Origin: Prasinococcaceae sp. CCMP 1430
Taxonomy: Eukaryota; Plantae; Prasinodermophyta
Direction: 5' to 3'
Length of the DNA: 64,000 nucleotides
NCBI GenBank assembly: GCA_013416795.1
Contig: RQSC01001079.1
Location: 49,532 to 113,531 of the forward strand
Below are positions 21,552 to 32,252 of the stretch, piece by piece. Under the pieces are notes generated by a model, which saw nothing but the letters and a program-made list of their open reading frames with translations, did not search any database and was not told where the DNA came from. A program made the position numbers and the translations under genes. The first letter of the stretch is position 1. The number at the start of each line of letters is the position of its first letter.

Positions 21552-23264
21552 ATGCGGCCGTTGTCGGCAGCATGGCGGCCGCTCGCGGTCGTGGCGGTCG
21601 TGGCGCTCGCGCTCGCGCGGACTGCGACAGGCGCTGCGAGTCCGTACCAGTCGCAGGGAAGCGTGGTCATCGATGGCGTCAATGGTGGGGGAAGCCAGGT
21701 GAGCCAGTTTGACCACGGCGCGGTCGGGTGCTCGGCCGCATCGGCGGCTGCGGTGCTACGCGCCGACGTGGAGCGGTCCGGAGCGGCGGAGCAGTGGGCG
21801 CAGGCGGCGCCGCGCATCGCTCGCGGGACGCTCAGACTAATACAACGCAGGCGGGGTGCTCAGGACGCTGCTCGCGGCGCTCGGGCGCCTACCGACATTG
21901 GAGGAGAGGCGGCAGAAGAAGGCGCGAACGAAGCGGTATTTGCAATTGCAGCTCCTGGCAGTACTAGTGGCGGGCTCCCGCGGACCGAGCGTGTGGCCCT
22001 CACGCCAGACGCGCGAACACCCCCTTGGCTGCGTGAGCCTGGGTTCTGGCGCGTCGAGGCCGTCGAACGCACGGGCAACTCCGCGGGTCGGTACGCGCAC
22101 ATCGCACTCTCGGGAGAGGGTACATCTGCCCGCCCCGGCAACAGCAGCGCGCTGGTTGTGATCGCGGGCGGCGATGAGTGCGCGCGGTACATCGCGCGAC
22201 ACTTCATCCTGCTCGTGAACAAGGCACTGCGCGCCCGCCGGCACGGTGAGCACTTCTTTGTGTGGACAGGCGGGGTGCCGCCACCGCTGAGCTCGCCGGG
22301 TGCAGAGTGCATGAAGCGGGGTCCAGAGCGGCTGATGGACGGCGTCGGGGGCTTCGTGGGCTGTGACACGGCGAATCGCTCGAAGAGCGCGCCCTCGGCC
22401 TGCCCCAAAAATTCCACTGCGCCGGGCGCACCGAGCGTGCACTACGCGAAAATGCAAGGGGCGCTCCTGGCGCTTGACGAGCCTGGCGTCTCCGACGTGG
22501 CTGTCGTCGACATGGACGCGGTCTTCTCACACTTCGGCATCGGCCCCGCCCCGCGCTTCGACTTATTCTATGACGTTGTCGGGAGTCCCGGGGCGTCAGC
22601 AGCGTTCATGATGGGCCACTGGGCGGGCGTTCAACACGCATGGGCACCGCTTGGCGACGCCTTTCATGTGCGTAAAACTCCGACCGGGCGGGACTTTCTG
22701 CTCGCATGGCTGGGAGCGAGATGTGGTCTGAAGGACCAGCCGCCGCTGTGGGATCTCTTACTGCGCATGTACTCCGCCGCCGGGCTGCTCTCAGGCCCCT
22801 ATCCCGCGCCTGCGCCCACAGGCAGCGGCTCCGTCAGCATCTTCGACATAGCGTACGAGCACCGGTTCGGGCCCGACAGTTTCAGCAGATCGTACGGGCC
22901 GCTCGGCGATCTCAAAGTGGACAAGCACGGGCGCTGCGCGGGCGCATTGGAAGACATTCCCGTCGCATACTTTGGTGGTGCCACCGTGGCTGGTTGGCAG
23001 GCGGCCAACGATTTCGACAAGTGCGCCCTGAAGGCCGCGAAGCGAGCGCGCCGCGGCGAGCCCGTCTTCTGGAGCAAAGGCGCGCGAGGCGGGGGCCGCC
23101 CAGCAGTGTCAACTGTCGGTGGCCGCGCCGGAAGAGACGCGCGCATCACTGGCACGGCAGGGGCGGAGGCGCCGGTGCACGGAACGTGCATCCTGTGGCA
23201 CCTGGGGAGCAATAAGCTCGCAAACGAAGGCACGCACAAGCTGTTCGGCTCGCGTTGGCGTTGA
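21552..23264 (+). CDS. Secretory-pathway glycosyltransferase, GT34/nucleotide-diphospho-sugar transferase-like
   Basis: Signal/anchor LAVVAVVALALA; YAKMQGALLAL..VAVVDMDAVF (DxD); KTPTGRDFLLAW and DQPPLWDLL resemble GT34 motifs. Confidence 0.55.
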   Translation: MRPLSAAWRPLAVVAVVALALARTATGAASPYQSQGSVVIDGVNGGGSQVSQFDHGAVGCSAASAAAVLRADVERSGAAEQWAQAAPRIARGTLRLIQRRRGAQDAARGARAPTDIGGEAAEEGANEAVFAIAAPGSTSGGLPRTERVALTPDARTPPWLREPGFWRVEAVERTGNSAGRYAHIALSGEGTSARPGNSSALVVIAGGDECARYIARHFILLVNKALRARRHGEHFFVWTGGVPPPLSSPGAECMKRGPERLMDGVGGFVGCDTANRSKSAPSACPKNSTAPGAPSVHYAKMQGALLALDEPGVSDVAVVDMDAVFSHFGIGPAPRFDLFYDVVGSPGASAAFMMGHWAGVQHAWAPLGDAFHVRKTPTGRDFLLAWLGARCGLKDQPPLWDLLLRMYSAAGLLSGPYPAPAPTGSGSVSIFDIAYEHRFGPDSFSRSYGPLGDLKVDKHGRCAGALEDIPVAYFGGATVAGWQAANDFDKCALKAAKRARRGEPVFWSKGARGGGRPAVSTVGGRAGRDARITGTAGAEAPVHGTCILWHLGSNKLANEGTHKLFGSRWR

Positions 23265-23330
23265 GTCCGCCCCCACTCAGCCGCCACTGGATAGCGCGCA
23301 GGGCCGTGCGCGCGGCCCTGGCGCACACGA

Positions 23331-23335
23331 TGTAA
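23331..23335 (+). terminator. TGTAA poly(A) signal (one example of a recurring element)
   Basis: TGTAA lies just downstream of stops on the coding strand: + at 1634, 23331, 25551, 36849, 45504; - at 9371, 14096, 27095, 51529, 61941. UGUAA is the known chlorophyte signal. Confidence 0.7.
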
Positions 23336-23424
23336 AGTCCGATGCTGCGACGCTACCATCGACTCTCGTGCACAGGATGCGCGATCGCTGAGCGTGCCAG
23401 CAGCACGGACACGCTACGAGCTCG

Positions 23425-23961
23425 TCATCGTGCAGCGCTCTCTGGCACGTGTGTGCCCGCGGTCCCGAATTGCTCGCCGAGCCGCGTGCAGAGCGTCTCG
23501 AGGTGTCGCCGATCGAGTTCGCTGAAAGCCGCCCTGTCGTCGGAGTCGAGGTCGAGTACTCCGAGCAGCGCGCCGTCCGGCGAAAGCACGGGCACGACAA
23601 TCTCGCTCAGGGTGCTGTTGCTGCAAAAGATGTGGTTCTCGAGGGCTGTCACATCCTCGTGCAGCTGCGTGACGCCTTCTACGGCGGCCGTGCCACACAC
23701 GCCGCGTCCGAGCGCAATGCGCACGCAGCCATGGCCTCCCTGGTACGGGCCGACGCGCAGGAGCGTCCTGTGCCCCTTCGCGGCCTTCTCGTCGAGCGCA
23801 GACTCGGCCGTACAGTGTCTGTAGAAGCCGGTCCAGCTGTTGGCGGGCATGGCCGTGTGCAGCTCGCACGCAACCGTCGCCATTGCGCTCACCCAGTCTG
23901 CCTCACCCTCGAGCGCGGCCGAGAGGCGCCCGAGCACGTCGGCATACCTCGCGTCGTCCAT
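23425..23961 (-). CDS. msrC: GAF-domain free methionine-R-sulfoxide reductase (fRMsr/MsrC)
   Basis: WTGFYR, GPYQGGHGCVRIALGRGVCG, HIFCSNSTLSEIVVPV, LGVLDLDS. Confidence 0.88.
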   Translation of the reverse strand: MDDARYADVLGRLSAALEGEADWVSAMATVACELHTAMPANSWTGFYRHCTAESALDEKAAKGHRTLLRVGPYQGGHGCVRIALGRGVCGTAAVEGVTQLHEDVTALENHIFCSNSTLSEIVVPVLSPDGALLGVLDLDSDDRAAFSELDRRHLETLCTRLGEQFGTAGTHVPESAAR

Positions 23962-24138
23962 CGCCCGATGCCCTGGGAGTGCTCGCGCCGGCGGCGCCGG
24001 CCGCTGGGCCGGCGCGCTGGGCGCGCGGTGTGCCCCCCGAGGCCGCAGCGCGGGGTTGGGCGGGGGTGGGCGGGCGGGCGGGTGAAGGACCCCCCGCGCG
24101 CCACCGTACCTCGAGCTCGCCGTTGACGTGTTGCGGCC

Positions 24139-25413
24139 ATGGTGGCTTTTGCAGTCGCGCGCGCACCGCGCCCGCCGGTGGCCCGTCGCTCATCAGGTGC
24201 AGGGCGGGCGCAGCGTGCGTGGCGCACGCCGGCGCGCTTGGCGGGCGGTGGGTCCAGCGGCGGCGGCACTGGCGATCCGCTCGGGGCAGCGCTTGGCGGC
24301 GGGTTGCGGCTCCTGGAGTGGAGCGGCGCAGTGGTGCCGCAGGGCACGGTGGTCACGGGCGTGAAGGGCGCCTGGAGGGCCGCATGGGTCACGTTGATGC
24401 GCGAGCTCGCGCCCCAGGATGCCTCGGGATCGTACGCGCGGCCGGAGGCGTCGTTCACCGGCGAAATCGAGGGGGACAGCGGCGCGCGCTTCGGCGCCGG
24501 GGGGCGGTACGTGCTCTACGTCGGGAACGCCTGTCCGTGGTGTCACCGCGTGGTGCTCGCTGCTGCTCTGCGCGGAATCCAGGAGCCCTCGCTGCGTCTC
24601 GTGCGTGCGGTCGACGATCCAGAGCGCGCGTCGCGCGGCGGCTGGGTGTTCGACGCGCCCGAGCCGCTCTTCGGCTCGAGCGACCTTCGTCAGGTGTACG
24701 ACGAACTGTCACCCGGCGGCTACTATGGGAGGTGCACCGCGCCACTGCTCGTGGACGTCACCAGCCGCCGCGCGGTCTCAAACGACAGCGCCGCCATCGT
24801 GCGCTCGCTGCGCCACCTCCCGGGGGAGTCGGGCGTCGATCTCTACCCGAGCCACCTGCGCAGCGAGATCGACGCGTGGTGCGTGACGATCGGCAAAAAA
24901 GTCAACGCCGCCGTGTATCGCTGCGGCTTCGCCACGACGCAGGCGGGCCACGACGCGGCCTCGAAGGTGCTCTACGAAGGTCTCGACGCGGTTGAGGCCC
25001 AGCTTGCGAAGACGCGCTTCGTCGCCGGAAACACAGTCACCGAGGCGGACGTCTTCTTGCTGCCCACCATCCTCCGCTACGACCTGGCGTACGCCGGTCT
25101 CTTCAAGTGCTCAGGGCGCAACATGTCAAGCATGCCGAACATCAGGCACTGGCTGCGCGACATGTGGAGTCTGCCGGGGGTGGCACAGACCTTCGACGCG
25201 GACGCCGCGAGGGCGTCTTACTACGGCCTCTTTCCTCTTAACCCCTCCGGCATTGTGCCGGCAGGGCCCACCAGGCAGGAGCTCGAGGCCGAGTGGTCGC
25301 GCCCGTTTTCGAGCCGCGAGCTTCTCGCTGGGGGCGAGCCAAGGCTCTGGTCGGAGGAGCAGGGCGACGTGGACGCGGGCGCGGGCGCGGAGGGCGTCGC
25401 GACCAAGGCCTGA
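24139..25413 (+). CDS. Glutathionyl-hydroquinone reductase (Xi-class GST, YqjG/ECM4 family) with N-terminal extension
   Basis: GRYVLYVGNACPWCHR, GRCTAPLLVD, VSNDSAAIVR, VNAAVYRCGFATTQAG, EADVFLLPTILRYD, LNPSGIVPAGP. Confidence 0.88.
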   Translation: MVAFAVARAPRPPVARRSSGAGRAQRAWRTPARLAGGGSSGGGTGDPLGAALGGGLRLLEWSGAVVPQGTVVTGVKGAWRAAWVTLMRELAPQDASGSYARPEASFTGEIEGDSGARFGAGGRYVLYVGNACPWCHRVVLAAALRGIQEPSLRLVRAVDDPERASRGGWVFDAPEPLFGSSDLRQVYDELSPGGYYGRCTAPLLVDVTSRRAVSNDSAAIVRSLRHLPGESGVDLYPSHLRSEIDAWCVTIGKKVNAAVYRCGFATTQAGHDAASKVLYEGLDAVEAQLAKTRFVAGNTVTEADVFLLPTILRYDLAYAGLFKCSGRNMSSMPNIRHWLRDMWSLPGVAQTFDADAARASYYGLFPLNPSGIVPAGPTRQELEAEWSRPFSSRELLAGGEPRLWSEEQGDVDAGAGAEGVATKA

Positions 25414-25725
25414 GCGCCACGCGCGACGCGCCAGAGAGCCAGCCGCTGCCTGAGCGCCACGGATTCGACGCGCAAGAGAGCCAGCCCGCGGCAGCCACGC
25501 CACCACCGTGTACAAGTACGAAGCGCTTCGCGCACGAAGCGCTGCTTTGTTGTAAGTCATGCGCCTGCTTTCCCTTCGAGCACGAAAGTGTGACACGCAC
25601 CGCCGTCCAGCGCCTTGGACGCACGGCGATGCCCAGCCTGGCAGATTCTCCCGCGGCGCCTGCTCGCGCGCGGGCGCGTGCGAGCATGCGCGCGCGTGCG
25701 TGCGTGCGTGCGTGTCTGTGCGTGC

Positions 25726-27071
25726 TTACTGGCCTGCGGGCGGCTTCTCGAGCGTCGCCGTGAGCATGACGCGGTCCCACTCGGCACCGGTCTTGCGGTT
25801 GGCCATATGCACGCACCCGTACGAGCTCTCTGCGAGGACGAGCCCGGCAGCCGCACCGAGCTTTGCGAGCGCAGCCGCGGAGAACACCGAGGTGTACAGC
25901 CCGTCGCGGCGCACGAAGGACGTCGGGATCAGTGCGTCGCCCTCGAAGCGGGGCGCGTGGCCCTTCAGCGCCTGGGCGGGAGAGGATGTGCGTGGGTGTG
26001 TGGGTGTGTGGGCGTGTGGGTGTGGGTGTGGGTGTGGGTGTGGATGTGGAGTCGGCGCCGCGCCGGACCATGAGTCAGCGAGTTGACGCACTGGCACATT
26101 CGCGCGAGCCATCCTCTCCCACGCGCGCGTGCGCGCTCGTGTGTCTCAAAACATCTGCGCGCGTGTACGAGAGCTCGCGCAAGCGCACGTACCCGCATGT
26201 GGCGCACGTCACCCGGGCCATAATCCCTGAAGAGCACTCGCCCGCCCGGCTTGAGCATTGCTGCCGCCGCGCGCAGCGCCGCCGCAGCATCCTGCGGGCT
26301 GACCGAGTTGAGCGTGAAGACGTAGAGCACGCAGTCGGCGCGCCCCGCCAGGCCGAGCCTCTCGGCGAGCCCCTCGCCGTCGGCCACGTCGCCCACGTGC
26401 GCCTCGAATCTCTCCGGGGCGTAGCCCAGCTCGCGCATGGCGGATGCGGCGAGCGCCACGGCCTCGCTGCTCCTGTCGACGCCCACCACTCGGCTGCCGC
26501 GCGCACCCGGGCCGCGCAGCACGGGCAGCGCAGCGCTGCCGTGGCCGCAGCCCAGCTCGACCACGAGCTGCCCGTCCGTCTGCAGCGCCGGGAAGGCCTC
26601 CAGGAGGTACCGCCTCTCCTTGTATACGCGCGCACTCGAGTGCGAGCGGTAAAAGTCCTCCCAGTACGCCGCTTGCACCGCGTCGATGGCGGCGGCGCCC
26701 TCCTCCTCGCTGCTCTCACTCTCGCCTGCGCCGTTCGCGTCGTAGCCGCCGAGCGGCGCACCCGTGGCCGCGTCGACCGCGCGCGCAGACCGCGCGGCGC
26801 CGTTCGCCGCAAACCCGCCGGCGGTGTACTTGGCCTCGAGCGCCGCGTAGAGCTCCTCCCACGAGAAGTCCTGCTGCTCGTGGTAGAACGCCCGCTCTTG
26901 CTTCTCGCCCGTGGCCACCCCCCCAGCCGCCTCCGCCCCCGCGGCGGCTGCCCGCGGCGCCCCGCAGCGCAGCGCCTCCGCCGCGCCGCGCCGCGCCGCG
27001 CGCGCGCTGTGGCGCACCGACTGCGCAAAGGGTGTCGGTGCGCGCATGTGCGTCGTGATGCGTGCGCGCAT
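25726..27071 (-). CDS. METTL6/Trm140-like tRNA m3C methyltransferase; intron 26192-25972
   Basis: YWEDFY..YKERRYL..FP, VELGCGHG, FTLNSV, LKPGGRVLFRDYG, then FVRRDG..F and NRKTG..WDRV in exon 2. Confidence 0.8.
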
Positions 27072-27136
27072 CGGTCTCGTCAACAGTACATATGTTACAC
27101 GCCGGCCGACACGGGCCACGAGGCCCCGCGGCGCTG

Positions 27137-27644
27137 CTACTCGTCCATCGCCAGCTCGAGCTTGCTTCCCCTCAGCCGCGGCCCGTTGTCCACCGGGCCC
27201 ATGCCCGCCGCCTCCATCGCGTCGTACTGGTCGTGCGGGCGCTCGCCGTTGAGCTCGCGCAGGCGCTTCTTGTACTTCTTGGTGCGCTTGTGGCTGCAAA
27301 GCGGGCGGCGGCGCAAGAAGAATAGGCGGTCAGTCGCCGCCGCGCGAGGCGAGGGGCGGCGCCGGGCGGCTACCAGCGCGGCCGCAGCGCCGCGGCGCGC
27401 ACCTCTCGAGCGCGGCCGCCGTCTCGAAGTGCCTCGCCGTCACCGCGCAGTAGAAGCGCCCCTGCCCGGGCAGGTCGTCGTCGAGCTCCGGCTTGCGCAT
27501 GCCGTCCGGGTCGCCGTCGGCCGCCTGGAACTCCTCCCAGCACTGGTCGACGCCCTTGGCGAGGAAGCGCTCCAGCCGCTTGCTCTTGTGGATGCCCTTG
27601 TGCGACTTGGTGCCCAGCGAGCGCTTCTTGTGGCGCTTCGGCAT
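27137..27644 (-). CDS. BUD20: Bud20/ZNF593 zinc-finger ribosome-export factor; intron 27402-27294
   Basis: DDDLPGQGRFYCAVTARHF..ALE|SHKRTKKYKKRLREL..PHDQ.DA..AAGMG. Confidence 0.88.
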
Positions 27645-28228
27645 GGCGGCCGCGCGGGCGGGCGCTCCCCCGCCCGGTGCCCCTCCTCGGAGCGCGCGAG
27701 GCGCGAGGCGCGAAGCGCGAGAGGAGGTGTGTGCGCGTGCGCGTGCGCGTGCGCGTGCGCACGCGCGCGCGCGTGGTGGTGGGGGGAGGCGCAGGCGGGG
27801 GGGCGCGCGCGCTGTGGCGGCGGCGGCGGCTGCAGCCGCCAACGTCCGCGTTTCCCGGTGCATAATTTCGACCCGCATTTAAGAACGATAAATAGGTATA
27901 GAAGCAAGTAATACGTGCCTGTAGAATCGCCGCAGAATATATTTCTCGCTGTCAAAACAGTTCAAACCGTCGTTTATATGAATGCATTCACATAAATGCG
28001 CAGGAGCTTTGGGCGTTTTTTTTTTTTTGGCAGGGGCGCGGCGCAGAGCAGAGAGAGGAGTGGTGGGTGGTGGGGAGGCACGGGGGTGGGGGTGGTGGGT
28101 GGGGGTGGCACAGCGCGCGCGCGGCAGGCGAAGGGAAGGGCGATGCGTGGGGGCGTGGAAAGGGCGGTAGACTAGGGCACGAGGGGGGGCACAGGGGCAC
28201 GGAGGGTGGAACGGAGCACGCGGGCGCG

Positions 28229-28917
28229 ATGGGTGGCTCGGTGTTCGTCACCGTGGGCACAACGTCGTTCGACGCGCTCATCTCGGCGGTCGACCGCGCG
28301 GAGACGGCTCGCGCGCTCGCCGAGCGCGGGTACACGTCCGCGACGCTGCAGATCGGCAGGGGCGAGTATGAGCCCCACGAGACGTGCCCGGCGTGCACGG
28401 GCGTGCCGGGCTTCAGTGTGGACTACTACCGCTTCAAGGGCTCGCTGGCGGAAGACATGGCGTCGGCGTCGCTCGTCGTCTCGCACGCCGGCTCGGGAAG
28501 CATATTCGAGGCGCTCGCGCTAAAGAAACCGCTCGTGGTGGTCGTGAACGAGGCCCTCATGGACAACCACCAGCAGGTGCGAGCGACCATGCCGCACACG
28601 TGGCCCGCCCGCCCGCATGCCTGCCTGCTTGCCCGCCTGCCCGCTGCGGGCACGCGAGGCGCTGCACGCGCGAACGCCTCGGCGCACCCCGGTAACTGAC
28701 GGCATCGCGTCTGCTGGCGGCGCCTGCGCATGCTGGCGGTCTTGCGTCCCAGGAGCTCGCGGGCGCGCTCGCGTCCCGAGGCTACCTGGTGAGCACGACG
28801 CCAGCACGGCTTGTGTCGGCACTCGAAACGCTCGACACGTCCGCGCTGAAGCCATACCCGGGCGGCGACCCGGCAGCCGTCGCCCAGGCCGTGTCGGGCA
28901 TTGTTGCGCTCGCATGA
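28229..28917 (+). CDS. ALG13: UDP-GlcNAc transferase catalytic subunit ALG13; intron 28577-28752
   Basis: VFVTVGTTSFDAL, LQIGRG, VVSHAGSGSIFEAL, VVNEALMDNHQQ|ELAGAL. Confidence 0.93.
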
Positions 28918-29172
28918 CACACAGCTGCGCGCGCGCGCGCGCACGGTGTGTGCGTGCGTGGGTGGGGTGACATGGCAGTGATAAATAAATGGAGCCGCCG
29001 CCACATTGGGCGGCGGCCTGCGTTCGTTCAGCTCGCCTTCGTCTGGGCGTCAATGAATGCCCCGTGGGTCGCTCCTAAGTCTACGTGCGTGCAGTCGTCG
29101 TGGTGCATTGTGCGAGCCGCCCCCTCTGCCTATCGCAGGAGCCAGCTGGAAACCACCGCCTCACGCGGACTC

Positions 29173-29481
29173 TCACCCGGAGTCTCCCTGCACGCAGTCG
29201 GTCTGCTCGCTGCTGTGGTGCGTCGCGGCGGCGTCCAGCGACGCGAGCAGCTGCTTGAGGCGCGCGTTCTCGGCGCGCACCCGCTGCACCTCCGACATGT
29301 ACGCCGCGTTGACCACGAAACCCTCCGGCTTGCCGTCGCCGCCCATCACGGCGACGCGCATGCCCTGCGACTCGCGGAAGACCGACTGCAGCATCACGCG
29401 CATGCCCGACGTGGGCGACAGCGGAGGCCGCTGCCGCTGCTGCCGCTGCTGCTGCTGCTGCTGCCGCCGCCGTTGCTGCTC

Positions 29482-29531
<50 letters not shown>

Positions 29532-29790
29532 CGCGCGCGATTCCCTCGCACGCCTCGCGTCCCATGCCGCGCCACGCCGCGCCGAGCGCGTGCGGCGCTG
29601 CCGTCGCGGTGCCCCACTGCTGCTGTTGCTGCTGTTGCTGCTGCGCTGTGAAGGGCGTCCCGCAGCAGCTCGAGCCATCCGATTCGTCGGTGCGCTCCTC
29701 GGATTCGCTGCGCGTCGGCGGCCGCCGCGCGCGGCGGCCACGCGCACGCCGCGCCGCCTCCCCCACATCGACATCCGCACGTGATGTGAT
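29173..29790 (-). CDS. Hypothetical poly-Q protein, 3' exon (5' structure unresolved)
   Basis: Two poly-Q tracts from (CTG)n at about 29428-29526 and 29618-29643, and a short coiled coil VQRVRAENARLKQLL. Confidence 0.45.
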
Positions 29791-31504
29791 ACAGCACCGT
29801 GCGATGCCAAAAACCCTACTGAAGTACTCCACATAGGAACCAGATCCTGTTCCTGTTCCCGGTTTCCGTTTCGTTTCCCGGAGTACACGGGCGATACCTG
29901 GTTCGGGGAGCGATGCCCCGACCAACGTCCGGCCCATCAAAAAGCGACGCGTCGCCATTCGACGACGCAGGCGTCGCGTCCCTCAGCCGCGCGCGCGCGT
30001 CGCCGCATCTCGCGCGCGCGCGGGCCCGGAGCGAGTTTTACCCTGGCTCCAGATGGAGCCTCGTCGACCCGCGCGGCGCACAATCCTCTCAATCAATCGG
30101 TCGGTCAATCTAAATCTGCATCCCGCGTCGAGCCACACCGTACAGTTGTATGGAGAAGAGGCACTGAAAAAATCTGCTCGGGACGCCGCGCCCTAACGGC
30201 GCGCGCGCGCGCATGCGCCCTGACCTGTCGGAACGGGTCCGTCGGGCGCGGCGGCGGCCGGGCAGCGGCACATTTGCGGTTTGGGCCGGGTACGAGCGCA
30301 ATTTGGGAGGCTTCTCCGCGTTTTGCGACGATGAAATCAGATTTTGAAATTACGGAAAGTGTGCGAGCGTGAGATGGGGGGGGGGACGCACGCCTCGGCG
30401 CTCGCGCACCGGCCCCCCACCCGCCCACCACCACCCACCCCTGCTCCCTCGCCCCCGCAGGTGCGCGTGCGCGCGGGGTGCCGCGGGAAGCCACACGGAG
30501 CACGCGGAGCGTGCGCGCCGCTGGCGCGCTCGTGCGCCCGCCGGTGCNGACCTACGCACGTATGGCTGGCTGTGTGCTGTGATCCCGCCGCCCGCCCTGA
30601 TTTCGCGCGGTCGCGGAGAGTGGATAAGCCCGCCACACCAGCGGAGCGAAGCGAAGCGAGCGACGACCGGAGAGGGGGCCGCGGACCCACACGACCCCCG
30701 GCGCCGCGCGCGCGCGCGCACGCGCCCTCTCACCCCTCCCCCCCCCTCTCACCCCCCCCACCCCCCCTTGCGAGCCACGCCGCGGCATGCGCCTGACACA
30801 CGCGCGCGGCATGCGCGCGCGGATAAGAATTCAGAATGAAGAAGAACTGACAATCCCATGAGGAGCGCCGGGTTTCACCTCACAGAAATGTGTAATTATA
30901 AAAATGCTGTAAAGTACCAACGGGCGACGCTCTCACGCTTTTCCGGAAGCTCCTGGCTGGCTGCTGTCTGTCTGTGTGTGGGCGGCGTATCGCATCGGCG
31001 GAGGAGGAGTGACTGAGTCTGAGCGCGCTGAGCTCGGCTGTGGCACCGCGCGCGCGCCGTCCGTCCGTCCGTCCGTCCGTCCGTCCGGATGACTGCACCG
31101 CTGGGCGATCGCGAACGGATCTCTGATCCGCTGCTCGACGATGCCCTGCTGGGTGGTGCTGCTGCCAGGCCGGCTCGCGCGCGCACGCGTCTTCCCACGG
31201 ACGGGCCAGTACGGACCGACAGAGCAGTCCTTGAGCCCGCGAATGATCCGGTGGCCGTGGGACCTCGCGGGCGCCGCGGGATGCCGCGTCGGATGGCGTG
31301 GGAGCCTCGCCCTGCGCCCGGTGGGTCTGTGTGTGTGTTGTTGTTGCTGTGTGTGTGTGCGTCCGACGGTACAGAGCAGCGGTGCCTCTCTCTGCGTGCG
31401 CGAGCAATGCGCTCGCGTGTGTTTCGAGCGCGGGCGCGCGCGCGCGCCGTCGGCGCCGTCCCGCCAAAAAGCGCGCGCGCGGATCGCGCGTGTGCGGCCG
31501 AGAG

Positions 31505-32252
31505 NNNNNNNNNNNNNNNNNNNNNNNNNNNNNNNNNNNNNNNNNNNNNNNNNNNNNNNNNNNNNNNNNNNNNNNNNNNNNNNNNNNNNNNNNNNNNNNN
31601 NNNNNNNNNNNNNNNNNNNNNNNNNNNNNNNNNNNNNNNNNNNNNNNNNNNNNNNNNNNNNNNNNNNNNNNNNNNNNNNNNNNNNNNNNNNNNNNNNNNN
31701 NNNNNNNNNNNNNNNNNNNNNNNNNNNNNNNNNNNNNNNNNNNNNNNNNNNNNNNNNNNNNNNNNNNNNNNNNNNNNNNNNNNNNNNNNNNNNNNNNNNN
31801 NNNNNNNNNNNNNNNNNNNNNNNNNNNNNNNNNNNNNNNNNNNNNNNNNNNNNNNNNNNNNNNNNNNNNNNNNNNNNNNNNNNNNNNNNNNNNNNNNNNN
31901 NNNNNNNNNNNNNNNNNNNNNNNNNNNNNNNNNNNNNNNNNNNNNNNNNNNNNNNNNNNNNNNNNNNNNNNNNNNNNNNNNNNNNNNNNNNNNNNNNNNN
32001 NNNNNNNNNNNNNNNNNNNNNNNNNNNNNNNNNNNNNNNNNNNNNNNNNNNNNNNNNNNNNNNNNNNNNNNNNNNNNNNNNNNNNNNNNNNNNNNNNNNN
32101 NNNNNNNNNNNNNNNNNNNNNNNNNNNNNNNNNNNNNNNNNNNNNNNNNNNNNNNNNNNNNNNNNNNNNNNNNNNNNNNNNNNNNNNNNNNNNNNNNNNN
32201 NNNNNNNNNNNNNNNNNNNNNNNNNNNNNNNNNNNNNNNNNNNNNNNNNNNN
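31505..32252. other. Assembly gap (other gaps: 37534-37789, 52786-53055, 55921-56362; single-N joins 12123, 16140, 18730, 30548, 35149)
   Basis: Runs of n seen directly. Confidence 1.

Noticed and set aside
25520-25545. Perfect palindrome cgaagcgcttcg near the GHR poly(A) signal
   Set aside because: Single short instance with no recurrence at other 3' ends.
29800-30000. Lower-GC stretch with short hairpins (possible riboswitch or ncRNA)
   Set aside because: No TPP-riboswitch, snoRNA box or tRNA consensus matched; short GC palindromes are expected by chance.
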